Positions 14,013 to 25,729 of a stretch of DNA of 64,000 nt are shown here, in pieces. The notes under the pieces are model-generated. The model worked only from the letters and a program-made list of their open reading frames with translations. It made no database searches and was not told where the DNA came from. Every line of letters begins with the position of its first letter. Position 1 is the first letter of the stretch. Source of the DNA: Phoronis australis (taxonomy: Eukaryota; Animalia; Phoronida). A program made the translations under genes and the position numbers. The stretch lies in the NCBI GenBank assembly GCA_002633005.1, contig NMRA01000311.1, positions 259,839 to 323,838 of the forward strand, written 5' to 3'.

Positions 14013-14292
14013 TGAGAAAGACTACTGGTGAGGAAAATGAGACCACAAAGACTACTGATGAGGAAAATGAGACCACAAAGACTACTGATGAGGAAAATGA
14101 GACCACAAAGACTACTGATGAGTAAGGATCAGACCACAAAGACTACTGATGAGTAAGGATCAGACCACAAAGACTACTGATGAGTAAGGATCAGACCACA
14201 AAGACTACTGATGAGTAAGGATCAGACCACAAAGACTACTGATGAGTAAGGATAAGACCACAAAGACTGCTGATGAGCAAGGTGAGACCACA
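14013..14292. repeat. Minisatellite, 30/31-bp units, about 9 copies
   Basis: GACCACAAAGACTACTGATGAGGAAAATGA units followed by GACCACAAAGACTACTGATGAGTAAGGATCA units. Confidence 0.95.
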
Positions 14293-14407
14293 ATGGCTGA
14301 GAACTGTTGTTTAAGCTTCAGCAGTATTGTCCAAGTCGGAATAAGGTTTCTATCCATCTTATCCTCCAGTTCTTGATGAGGGTCATTATCTATTCTTTAC
14401 CTTGCAG

Positions 14408-14571
14408 GTGTGAGGCGTAATTCTAGTGAGATGCATGACCTCATGGATAAGGTGCACCTTCACATTATCCCTCAGGTGAACTCTGACCTGTCCAAGGCCT
14501 CACCTGGTGACTGTACAGGTGCTCTGTACAAGGGTCAAGTGCTGAAGAATCAGTTCCCTTATCCGTCAGTG
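14408..14571 (+). CDS. CPD: CPD exon, repeat 3
   Basis: ttgcag|GT GTG; LMDKVHLHIIPQVNSD...NQFPYPSV|gtgag. Confidence 0.88.
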
Positions 14572-14879
14572 GTGAGCCTTTACTTCGTTAGCCAACACTG
14601 ACGATATCTGGATATCTGATTTGAATTATCTCCACATGTTACCATGTGCCGTATTTTCAGTCAAAAAACCATGCTATTGTGATGTTGGTCGTAAAATAGA
14701 ATGATATGCGACCGTTCCTCTGCTTGTATCGTAAATTGTATCGTAGTCAAACTATTTTTAGCGAACTCCTGAAATGTTGTCGATTTCCACTTGTTTTTTG
14801 TCAATTCGTGGTTGGCTGACTTGTGTTTGATCCGGTGTCGCCATCTGGTGACTGGGTCTGTAGTATGACTGCACCATGA

Positions 14880-14991
14880 AAGTGCACATCTGTAATGAAT
14901 GGCATACACTACAATAATTACAAGTTGGCAACATTAAGTGCACATCTGTAATGAATGGCATACACTACTGTACAAGTTGACAACATTAAGT
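14880..14991. repeat. Tandem duplication of about 57 bp
   Basis: AAGTGCACATCTGTAATGAATGGCATACACTAC...CAACATT occurs twice. Confidence 0.85.
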
Positions 14992-15321
14992 TTGCTAGCT
15001 GTAAGCTGGTACCAATATAAGGACGTGCATAACTCCTACATTTATATTTGTAAAAATATCCATAAAAACCATTTTTCTCCAAATCCACGTTAAAAGCTTT
15101 GAGTCACGCATTTAATTTGTTGATGGTTGCCATGGAGACAAGAAATGTTAGTCGTAATTTAAGCCTGCTGTTATATGCTTCATTAACATTGTCTGTTTAT
15201 GGCCGAGTGTATCTCTTACACAGTTGGTGATCGTCTCATGGACTTCTTCCAGATGTGTTGCTAACACAAGCTGGTGGATAGTTTCCTCGTTATTCAGCTT
15301 TGTCAGTTGCATTTATTTTAG

Positions 15322-15422
15322 AAAACCTCGGATAATTCCGAAGTGGCTTGGCTCACAGACTTCTTCAGTAAGAACAAAGCCGACATGTTGATCAGTATAG
15401 AAGCTGGTGGCAAACTAGTCAG
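15322..15422 (+). CDS. CPD: CPD exon, repeat 3
   Basis: ttttag|KTSDNSEVAWLTDFFSKNKADMLISIEAGGKLV AG|gtaat; phases fit both neighbours. Confidence 0.85.
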
Positions 15423-16050
15423 GTAATTATGTTAGACTGGTTGTAGAGACGAGTGTGTGCCGTTTGTGGTGATGAAAGACCATTTGACACCTAACCTTTA
15501 TTCTATGGTAGACTGCAGGAAGACTGGTTAGAAAGGGTCAGTGTAGTGTGCTACAGTTATCCAGTCAGATAATAAAAATGTTTTTTATAGCTATTTTAGG
15601 TGAAGGAAATTTTTAGCACTATGCATGTGTGTTGTGGAAAAGGTAGTTAAAACAAAATACTTGTCTTGTTTTTTTAACAGTGCAATTTGTAAAGTTACTT
15701 GGTACGGTGATTAATTTTGCTGTTTTTACCCAATTGACCAAGATTTTGAGTAACGGCTTAACTGACCAATCAGAACACAGCATTCTTGACACACCTTTGT
15801 TTCCAAGCCGCCATTTTACCCAACAAACAACACATTGCCGGGTTAGACTTATTGTTTGTTTGCCGACTTTTCGCAAGGGGGCGTAGATTGCGATAGGTCA
15901 ATTGCTGTTTTGTACCTACTCACAATTGAGATAGGCATGCTTTTTTTCTGGCTGCCAACTCATGTCTATCTTGAAAATTCATAGTATGATTGAAACTACT
16001 TTCTGCATTCCACAAATTTTGTTACAAAAACCAATGACCAAAGTAGTCCC

Positions 16051-16549
16051 CAGGGCTTGGAATTTTCCGCGGAAACGCGGATTTCCGCTTTTTTTAAATG
16101 TGCTTTCCGCTTTTTTTATAATATTTCCGCGTAAAAAAATCGGATTTGATATGAAATTTCCGCGGCAAATTCCTTTCTTACCGCGGCGTTGCAGACGACG
16201 TTCACCTCGGAAAGCGGAAGTCTTTATGTTTCGGAGGAACGTAAATGGTCAACATTGCCGGGGCATCTGGGTAAAGCGTGGTCTGATTTTCAATGGCGGC
16301 TCGTGTTATTGTTAAGCGTGGCGACAAATACTACCGCTCTGCAGCCAAATTTGTGTGGGTTGGGAGTGGACGGGCGAGCGAAAAGGACGCAGACGCATGC
16401 TACTGATGGTGGTAACGTTTTTTTTTTTTAGTCCTCCCGATTTTTGTCGCGGAAAGGTTCACATTGACCATTTCAAAAGGCTGGTTATCGGGCATGATTT
16501 GGGCCGTAAAAGTTTCCGCTTTCTTTGTCATTGGTCATTCCAAGCCCTG
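16051..16549. mobile_element. MITE with 13-bp TIRs
   Basis: CAGGGCTTGGAAT...ATTCCAAGCCCTG, flanked on both sides by AGTCCC; many internal TTCCGC/GCGGAA motifs. Confidence 0.85.
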
Positions 16550-16823
16550 AGTCCCAAATTGCACTAAATCATAATTATTCACATCAGTCAAAATGTTTAA
16601 TATTTAGCTCTGGAATTTCACCAATTCTCGACTAGAAGAAATTTCACCAACTTTTTTGAAAAGTAGTGTTATTGTCACGTACATGTAATGCGTGTTTTAT
16701 TTCGTCGCACAAGTGACATGACCTCATCAGTATTATACCCGACTTACCCTGTACTGTGCACTTGCTTGGCATTGATTTCTGTGGTGGATGTGATATCTAC
16801 CAGATTAATGTCCGTATATTCAG

Positions 16824-17022
16824 AGTCCCACTGGATGCCAAGAGACGCAACTCATTCGGCAAGCTCTCATCCATCACTGAAGATGAGGCTCTGTTCACGA
16901 CCTTGGCTCAGGCGTTTACGGCTCAGCACCCAGAGATTCGCAAGATTGAGAATGGTGCTAAGTATCAGCCTATGTCAGGATCATTGCTGGACTATCTCTA
17001 TTTCACTAACAACACATTTGGG
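16824..17022 (+). CDS. CPD: CPD exon, repeat 3
   Basis: ttcag|A GTC; TEDEALFTTLAQAFTAQHP...IENGAKYQPMSGSLLDYLY...FG|gtgag. Confidence 0.9.
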
Positions 17023-17575
17023 GTGAGAACTGGAAGATTTAAAGCACTTTGGTTAAGATATTCGACATATCAAATTTGGTGGAAAATATGCCACTGATAT
17101 TTCCAGAACAGAGCCCAAATCGTAGAGAGTTATCAAAGCCATAAAATTTACCTAATACGATTTGTATCTGCTTGATAGTACACACCAAAATTAATTGTAC
17201 AAAATGACCCAGAATTTCTCATCATGACAGATTTGAGCATAAGTGGAATTTCTCATCATAGTGGCCGAGTTCAAAAGAAATCCACTAATAGAGTAGTTAG
17301 AACGACAGGTTAAAGATATTTTATCCAATTACATTTGACGTGCACTGTACACAAATTGACAATATAGTCACTTACAGCATCTCACATTTTGTGAACCAGT
17401 TTGGTGCCTGTTATCCGGTGCAATAAACTGGTTCTCAAAATGTGGGGCACCCATAGTTTAATGGTTGCTTTAGTTTTGCTTGTACAACACAAACTTACTA
17501 TTTATGAGGGTTGTTTAATAAAGGGAGACAACTCTCTTTAAAACCATTTATCCAACTTGGTGCTTCTCCCTCCAG

Positions 17576-17684
17576 ATATCTACGCACATCAGTGACTGTA
17601 AGTACCCCGCTGCCATCATGCTCCCTGACCTGTGGCGTGACAATTTACAGCCTCTGCTGAGTGTGCTGAACAAGGCTAAACAAG
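17576..17684 (+). CDS. CPD: CPD exon, repeat 3
   Basis: tccag|ISTHISDCKYPAAIMLPDLWRDNLQPLLSVLNKAKQ G|gtatg. Confidence 0.9.
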
Positions 17685-18386
17685 GTATGTTGGGAAACGT
17701 AACCGGTACCCTGGGGTGAACTGTGGGGAGGTGTGTGATATAGGGTTAAAGTAAAATTCAGGTCATTTCAGGGAATGGGCTGCATGACATGAAAACATTA
17801 AAGCTACCAAATTTTTAATTTTTTGCCATTTTTGATTGGATTTGAATTGAAACTGTGCATGGTTTTCAGTGCTTTGAGTTTTTTCCTCAAACCTGTTGAG
17901 GTCATTGATGTTTGATTGACAATGAGTGTTCTGGAGTTACCGATTATACTTTTCCACATATGTTAGAGAATGTGAAGACGGGGCTTTTGAAGCCAATTCA
18001 TTTTGATGTATAATTCAAACTAAGTCAGGTCTAGCAAGTTACGCTTGAGATGCCATAATGGTTACTATAAAGGTGACCAGTGAACACTGGCATTTTGTTC
18101 AATTGCTTACTGCTTTTTACAAGACTTAGTTAGTGAGTTTAACTTAGTAGTATGGGACTATACTTGATACATCCCTTAAACGAACTATGTTGCTGATTGA
18201 AATTTTCATGACTTGTACTTTTCTTGGATGACGTCTGGTGTTGACCGGAAAATTCATTTCTGTGGAATAATTAAAATAATTTGCAATTGAGTAAAATCAT
18301 GAAATTGTTGCAAAACTTAGGGGACCAAGTCATAACATTACACTTGTTGAAATCCCTGCTACAATCATTGTCATTCTCCATTGTAG

Positions 18387-18542
18387 CTGTCACTGGCAAG
18401 GTTACCGATGGCAACGGCTCCATCCTGGACAAGGCCACAGTTCGTATTGAGGGTCACAAGGCAGTCATCCCTGTGTCCAACACCGGCACATTCTACAGGA
18501 TGCTGCCTGAAGGGGTTCACTACCTGGAGGTGTCAGCACCAG
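18387..18542 (+). CDS. CPD: CPD exon, repeat 3 transthyretin-like domain
   Basis: VTGKVTDGNG...GTFYRMLPEGVHYLEVSAP G|gtaag. Confidence 0.92.
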
Positions 18543-19689
18543 GTAAGGGCGCATTTGACGGTAGTCAGCAGGTGGTCGAAGTACAAAGTAGATGTACGGG
18601 ATGTAACCAACGAATGTCGTATATGAAAACTGTCAAATGTGTGAAAGTATTCATTTTACTTAAAATTCGTTGTAAGTAATTGATTCTTGTGGTTGTGTAA
18701 TTTAGAGGACTCGTAACAATTAAATTTTATCTGTTTTGTGCAGCAAGAGTAGGATGATACATTCATCCTGTTTTAGTGCATTATTTTTAAATCTCACTGC
18801 ATTCACACTGAAATGATCCGTTGTTTTGATGTCAATAGTGTTCCATTCAGTGATATCGCAACTCTTCAACTATTGGGCACACACTATGGTGGGAAAGTGA
18901 CATTCCATTTACTCAACAAAAACACTGAAACATTTTGTATTTTTTTAATATTCGTAGGATGGTTCAGAAGTATTCAGGGTCTTAAAAGAACAGTTAAAAA
19001 ATTTGATTACGCATCTGTATGTCGTCGGGCTTAGAAAAATAAAAATGTCGTTTTTGGCATCAAGTAATTTGTTGGAAATAAGTACCATTACGTCAAGTTT
19101 GGATTAAAAAAAGATTGTGTTGGGATATGCGCCTATGCAAGATAGTTGCCATTCTGCTGGTCATCTTGTTAAATATTGTGAAGTAAGAGGTAAAGTTTGC
19201 AAACATTTTAAAGTCTGCTCAGTACGCCACCTGTTGGCCACATCACATGACCTGTACATATTCATAGAACGTGTAAAGTAGTATGTCAGTTGGACAGTTT
19301 GTAGATGTATGTGTAGTTATCTGAGGGCGCTGTAACACCAAACTCATTCTCAGAATGCCTGAGCCTGGCTCATATCACCTCATCAAAATGAGCTGGTGGT
19401 GAGCGAAAGCGGGCTACTTGTGCCAAAACATGCCTCATATGTGACACCGTCCACGGAGCTATAACTTGGATTTTACAATATGTTCGCACTCAATTTTTTC
19501 CCATTTTCACCCTGGCATTGAGAGGTTTGTTGGTGTGACAGGACCCTAATATTGTAATGTGGTCACTTTGTGCTTTTGATTATCTTATCTGAGTTTTGTT
19601 TCATTTTCATGATGTTTATCAGCTGAAGGTAAATAGCGTTCATTTCACATCTTGGCAAAGGGATGTCCAAGCTAACACCACCTGTTTCT

Positions 19690-19775
19690 TTAGTAGTCGC
19701 TGCATTCACAGTGCTGCTGACTAGAGCTTCTTTAGTTGTCGCTGCATTCACAGTGCTGCTGACTAGAGCTTCTTT
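19690..19775. repeat. Tandem duplication of 42 bp
   Basis: TTTAGT.GTCGCTGCATTCACAGTGCTGCTGACTAGAGCTTC occurs twice. Confidence 0.85.
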
Positions 19776-20427
19776 GGACTAACATGGCCACATGGCTCAC
19801 CAATCTTAATGTTTTAATAACATCTGCTGCAATTCAAGAATGTTAAAGGATTGAAGTGGCCTGTTGGTCTTGGGCACTGTAATCGCAAAGCGTGACTTGG
19901 GCAATCGTAAAGCAAGCACGCTTGACCTGCTTTTATAGAATATTTCCTGCAAATAACTGATTCCAATCTCCTCTTTGTGCTGTGTATTTGGAAGCCTAAG
20001 AGTATTTGTGTGCGGCTGTGTTTTTCAGTGTTCTCATACTACTAATTTTTCTAATCTGAAATAATCTCTGTATCCGTAGTTTATTTCTTGCATCCTTTCC
20101 ACTTGTGTCTGTCTCTTGTTTACCACTTTGCGTCCTCGTATCGTCAGTTTGATTTTTGTTTTAGTTCATCGTCCACTCTCTTATTAATTTAATTCTTGAG
20201 TTACATTTTTCTAAACAGTTTCAACCGTGATAGTAATGTTTTTCTAGTTCACTCTGTTACTTTATTTCTTGTTGAGTTATGTTGTTTGCTAAGTTATGTG
20301 AGGTGTTCCTACATGATATTTTATTTTGAGTGCGTAAATATCTGAAACAAAGGCTGCTTTTTATTTTGGCCTGGTGAATCCTGGATATTTATATGAGGTC
20401 ACGTGACTTCCTGTTGCCACATTTCAG

Positions 20428-20596
20428 GTTTTGACTCTCTGACCCGGAAGGTATCTATTATGAACAACCAGGTGACTACCCTCGACTTTGGGCTGACTCG
20501 CGAGATCACCACCATGCGCTATCATGACAATAACGCCCTCTATGAGGCAATCATGAACTTAACCAAGCATTACCCAGGACTAGTGAGCAGCTACAG
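20428..20596 (+). CDS. CPD: CPD exon, end of repeat 3 and start of repeat 4
   Basis: ttcag|GT TTT; LDFGL...MRYHDNNALYEAIMNLTKHYP...SY AG|gtata. Confidence 0.92.
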
Positions 20597-20966
20597 GTAT
20601 ATGTGTTTTTGTGTCACTTTGTTTGTGTGAGTGTTTGTCTGCATGTTTGTGTGTGTTACTAGTTGCTCCTCTGGTCTGCAGTGTAATATGTAAAATTTGA
20701 AATTTGCTATGAGCAATTTAAATTTAAATTATTTGATCTCTGCTTGTAGCTTAAACTCTCCGCATTATTTTTTTGTGAAAACTTACCTTTTCAATACTTC
20801 ATTTTCTTGGATGTCCTTGCTTTACTTACGCAATAAGTATAAGTGTGCACTCGTTGGGAATTAAAAGAGTTGGAAAATTATAAAGATAAATTTTCAAGCA
20901 GGTTGTCCGTCACAATTTTGTATTTCTGGTCAAAATGTCCGATCACGTGAATCGTTTCTTCTCCAG

Positions 20967-21156
20967 CATTGGCAAAACTGTCCAGGGCAAAGATATCCAT
21001 GTGGTCAAACTGGCTAGAAATAAAGAAGAAGGCTTCAGGCCAGCCATCAAGTTTGTCGCCGGTCTCCACGGTAATGAGCCGTTCACCACCGAAGTGCTCC
21101 TGGAGCTGGCCTCATACCTGGCCAAGGATTATGGGAAGGATTTCGTCGTGACACAG
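20967..21156 (+). CDS. CPD: CPD exon, repeat 4
   Basis: IGKTVQGKDI...IKFVAGLHGNEP...VVTQ|gtgag. Confidence 0.94.
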
Positions 21157-21551
21157 GTGAGATAATCACTTGGTTGGTCAGTGACAGATCGACACGATAC
21201 CGTGGCATCGCCTTTGTTGAAATGTAAATGCTGTAACTATTCTTCACATGATCAAGAAGACTTGTGGAAATTGAAAGAGTCTGAGCATTAGTTTTGATGA
21301 CTGTGAAATGTTGTTGGAAATGGCATGATAATTGAATATTGGGTGTTGTCTGGAAATTTGCATTAAATTTCTCAGAGTAGATGTATGAATTAGAAATAGT
21401 GAACATTTTCCTACAAAACTCTCTTTCTTATCCTTGAGTCTGTTTCTGCAGGCTAGAAGGTTGGCATCTTGAAAGAAAAATCCATGGATCTTTCACAAAT
21501 TCTCACAGTTTCTCTGGCGTCTCTAGCTGACAATAAATCTTTTGTGTTCAG

Positions 21552-21693
21552 TTACTTGACAGCACGGACGTACACATTGCTCCAGCTCTTAACCCTGATG
21601 GTGCTGCCCTCTCTAAGGATGTCAGCGGTAAATGCCAGGTGTCTGATGGGCGTGACAATGCCAACTCTGTGGATCTTGATAAGAACTTCCCCA
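21552..21693 (+). CDS. CPD: CPD exon, repeat 4
   Basis: ttcag|LLDSTDVHIAPALNPDG...GRDNANSVDLDKNFP A|gtatg. Confidence 0.93.
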
Positions 21694-22444
21694 GTATGTA
21701 ACTACGACAACAACATTCTTGTTGTTATGTTTTTGTTCTTATGTAGTGTTTTTTCTTCACATTCATTTATGTTGTGGTTTTTAGATGTTTGGGAATTAAT
21801 GCCTGTGTTCGAGGACCCTTTGAAGTAACTAATACGAAATATCGCTGTCTCATGTCAACAAAAAATCCTGAAATGTTTTCCGAAAAGTAACACTAAAATA
21901 CATTGGTGATTACCTATTTCTGGTGTCTTTTAAAGCCGCTATGCTAACAATAGTATTGTTTTTTCTTCAATGTAAGCTCTAGAAGATAAATCCATCTGGT
22001 TGAAGTACAGTACAGTACTTTCATATATTTCTGGTGCCTTCTAAATTTGACACAAAGATGTTGATTGTTGATGGGAAATACAGTTAATGTCTAGAGATGT
22101 TGAATATAGTATAAATCAACATAGTTATTGGTGATTCAAACTTTGATTTATGTTTTATTCATTGTTGTTTCTTTGTCTTCATGTCTTTACAAAGTCCAGT
22201 GTTTTCTCAGTCTGCTAGAAGGGCATGTAGCTTGTAAAGAAAACACGATCATGCAGCAATTGATATTTTTTGGGTAAATGTTACTATGAATGTTTGAACC
22301 ATCAATATATGATGTCCAAGTATACTGTGGTAGAATGCTGTGTAACGTCACATATGCATAAAACACTGGAATTCTGCTGTCGTCTGTGTGACCAATTGAC
22401 TATCATTTGCCACCATGACCATGGTTCATGGTATTGTATTGCAG

Positions 22445-22588
22445 GTAACTATGGCAACACAAGCTCCAGGACTCAGCCCGAGACTCATGCCATCATGTCG
22501 TGGATGTCATCTCAATCCTTCCAACTGTCTGTATCTGTAGATGGTGGCTCCATTGTGGCCCAGTACCCCTACTCAGTGTCGGGCAAAG
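22445..22588 (+). CDS. CPD: CPD exon, repeat 4
   Basis: TQPETHAIMSWM...FQLSVSVDGGSIVAQYPY...K G|gtgag. Confidence 0.93.
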
Positions 22589-23025
22589 GTGAGCCTGTTG
22601 AACCAGCCTAAAAAATGGATAATCGTCGCACAAATGAAAAAGTCCATATTAATTGGGCGTTTCATCTATTCATTAGACATCATCAGGATACAAACAATCA
22701 CACATCAAGTGTTGACGTACGAGTTTATTTAAGCTAGAATGAATTGCCAGTCAGTAAACATGCAGTTGTTTGCATCTTATTGTACAAAACAACTGCTCCA
22801 AACAAGCATGCGGAATTGAATGATTGAGCAAAAAAGTAGCATGAGATGTGATTGTTGATAGTTTTAGTTGGTTTAACAAAGAATTAGGGTGTTAACAACA
22901 CACCGATGCTATGTTTCAAACATCATTGTCTCTGTAAAACATGAAAATATTAATTTTGATCCCTTATCACACCTCTCGTTGTCATTTACTATCATAGTAT
23001 GGAACATAATTTGTTTGCCTCACAG

Positions 23026-23130
23026 GTGCGTCACTGGAGGATGGTGGTTTGATGAAGTTCCTGGCAACTTACTATGCTAAGTTGCACCCAGATATGAAGA
23101 GTGGTCATCCCAAGTGCGCAGACAACCCCA
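23026..23130 (+). CDS. CPD: CPD exon, repeat 4
   Basis: cacag|GT; LEDGGLMKFLATYYAKLHPDMKSGHPKCADNP A|gtaag. Confidence 0.92.
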
Positions 23131-23869
23131 GTAAGTATTCCGTGCTGACTAGTTGTATATTGCCTTCATCTCTCTTGGCATGCGACATGCGCTACTGTAC
23201 CTCCTTTGCAGGATCTGAATGAGAATTGTCAGATTTATCCCTAAGAAGCTCACGACATATGACGACGAGTTTCGGATCAATCCGACTGCCGCGGTATATG
23301 ATCCCATTTAGCTTAATTCTCTTTATTGTTTTGGGTCAGTGGAAAACAGCCCAGGCTTAACACTAACATATTAAATTGTTGTTATTTTTCCACTACTTAT
23401 TTCCAGAATATCGTTTTCATTTTCCACAAATTATTTTTCCCACAAAAATGGAGAGGTCTATTAATTTTTGCTATCGTTGCCATTAAGTATTGAACTTGCA
23501 AAAAGACTTAGCAGCTGAGGTTTTTGATGACACGTAATTTAAATTTATTTTTTCAAGAATTTTCCATGGAAAATATTTGTGTCACATTCCAGACATTCCA
23601 CCTGAGTCCATGATGAGTTCAAAACAAACACAGAACATCTCGAGTATTACACAGTTACATTACTTCCTTAATGATGTAACTGTCTGAACTCAACCGAAAC
23701 ACTAACTACAATACACAAAGACCATGTCTTATTCACAAGAGCATAGCAAAGCGTTTAAATGTGCCCATGTCTTCATTGCATAGGATATGCTTCCAGAGTT
23801 GTTCAGTATCAGAAAAATGGCTTCCGGATGATGCAGAATTGATCGAACTCGTGTTCCTCCCTAATTGAA

Positions 23870-23955
23870 AACTATTTAGCAAATTTCATAAAAATTTGTC
23901 AAAAAAATCCAAATACAGAGAGGCAAATGTAAAAAAATTGCCACTCAGAGGCACA
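23870..23955 (-). repeat. Dispersed repeat fragment (other copies at about 27790-27920 and 33995-34130, + strand)
   Basis: Shared AGTGGCAA..TTT..CTCT..TTTGGA..TTT(C)ATGAAATTT..CAAATAG block. Confidence 0.65.
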
Positions 23956-24249
23956 GCGGTAGTTGGGCCTGTCCACCTGTATCCAAGTTCACAGGAATAC
24001 ACTAGCCAAACTTCACAAAGATTCTGCAAGGGGTTTAGGTGATACAGCCGCAGATACAAGAAGTGCCGCTGTGGGGCGCAACAATATTTGAACAAGTCTG
24101 AAAATCAACGTTAGTCCATTTCCAGCGTTACCCTCTACTTAGCTGCATTCAACTCGAACAGTGATAGTGTTCATTAATACTGTACAGTAACACGAAGCTC
24201 AGAAATCACGTCGGTTTGTGACGACCAATAACGCGCATCTCTGTTACAG

Positions 24250-24446
24250 GCCAGTCATTCCCTGGTGGTACCGTTAACTCGGCATCTCTCGATTCTCATG
24301 TGGGCAGCATGCAGGACTACAACTATGATGTACACAACTGTCCTGAGATCACAGTTAAGATTGGATGTTGCAGTCATCCTCAACCCAGTGACTTGGCCTA
24401 CATCTGGAGGTCAAATAAGCAAGCTCTCATTGGGATGATTAAGGCG
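24250..24446 (+). CDS. CPD: CPD exon, repeat 4
   Basis: FPGGTVN...SHVGSMQDYNYDVHNCPEITVKIGCCSHP...IKA|gtaag. Confidence 0.94.
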
Positions 24447-25087
24447 GTAAGACTCTCTTATGTTAAGTTGAGATACACTGTTGCAGTAATGGCCAGGCAT
24501 ACACCTTGACCTACATATGGAGGTCAAACAAACAGGCTGTTCAATTTTAGATTCCTGGCTACCATGATTGTCGAATAGGCAGTCTTGTTTCTACTGCTTT
24601 CACTTTTTGTGTTCGGCGAGTCTCAAAAATTAAATCATGGTCTTGCATGGCACTTGCGTTACAACTTGCAGTATGTAATGTTGCCACACATCTTCACTAC
24701 TTCCAATGTTCACCGTGTTTCTACATGCTCTAGGTGGACGAGATGAGATAATTTTCTCTAGTAAGGTTGGCAGCACATCATTTATCACATTTTGTTTAAT
24801 TCATATCTAAAGGTTCTAGATTTAAAAGTTTGCCATTGTTTGTATTGTCCGTAACAGAAATTTGCCGTTGCTGATAAACTCCATAACATAAGTTTGCCAC
24901 TGCTGTTAGTGTCTGTAACACAAGTTTGTCATAGCTAATAGTGTCTATAAGTTACTGGTAGTGTTAACTTTGTAACACAACTTCACATCCTATTGCAGTT
25001 TACCATTAGTTCCACAATATTCAAGGTTTGCTGTTAACTTTCCCTGACGATTACACATAAGACATCTGACATTATATTATTTTTCAG

Positions 25088-25276
25088 GTTCACAAGTTTG
25101 CCATCACCGGTAGTGTACGCAACACCAACAACAAGTCATTGTCTGATGCCTACATCTATGTCACTGGTGTTGGGAAGGTGTCCCAGGTCAATGACCAGGG
25201 CCAGTACTGGAAGGTCCTCAAGCCAGGCACCTATAAAGTCACTGCCAAAGCACAAGGATATGTCAGTCAGACACTG
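25088..25276 (+). CDS. CPD: CPD exon, repeat 4 transthyretin-like domain
   Basis: ttcag|VHKFAITGSVRN...[26 protein letters not shown]|gtaga. Confidence 0.93.
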
Positions 25277-25487
25277 GTAGAGTTTTCCTATTATTGTATT
25301 GGTTGTATTTAAATTATGCTTGTCAGTGCAGTTTTCATCTGACTGCTTGTGTGATACATCTCTTTGACATCGTGCCAAAATGCAGTATTATTAACCCTTA
25401 GCTTTTGTTCTGTGTAAGCCTAGTTTGCCAGAAATTGATGTTTTTTTGCTAGGCCAGTTTTCAGCTGCTTAGTGTTTCTTATTCCAG

Positions 25488-25602
25488 GATTTGTCTGTCG
25501 AAGATGTGCTTGATCGTCTGGATGCCAAGACCCTGGACTTTGTTTTGTTTGAAGAGCAGAAGATTTTGGGCGTGGCACCCATCACTTTTGTAGCAATTAC
25601 AG
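25488..25602 (+). CDS. CPD: CPD exon, juxtamembrane region and start of TM helix
   Basis: ttccag|DLSVEDV...LDFVLFEEQKILGVAPITFVAIT G|gtaag. Confidence 0.9.
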
Positions 25603-25729
25603 GTAAGATAAGTGATTGATGTAAATCTCATCAATGTTATTTCACTCGTTAAACGTATGTGTGTGACCATCATCTTGCACCCTTCTGTTTCCTTCAGATG
25701 GGTCTACTAATAAAATAAATTCCTTTGTG

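Noticed and set aside
14040-14280. Repeated CTGATGAG in the minisatellite as a retrozyme
   Set aside because: There is no stem II closed by GAAA, and the units are too short.
15962-16567. Overlapping ORFs in a CPD intron
   Set aside because: They fall within the GC-rich MITE at 16051-16549.
16690-16740. Minus-strand CTGATGA-GGTC...GAC-GAAA resembling a hammerhead ribozyme core
   Set aside because: Stem II is out of register by one base, and I could not build stem III with NUH or stem I.
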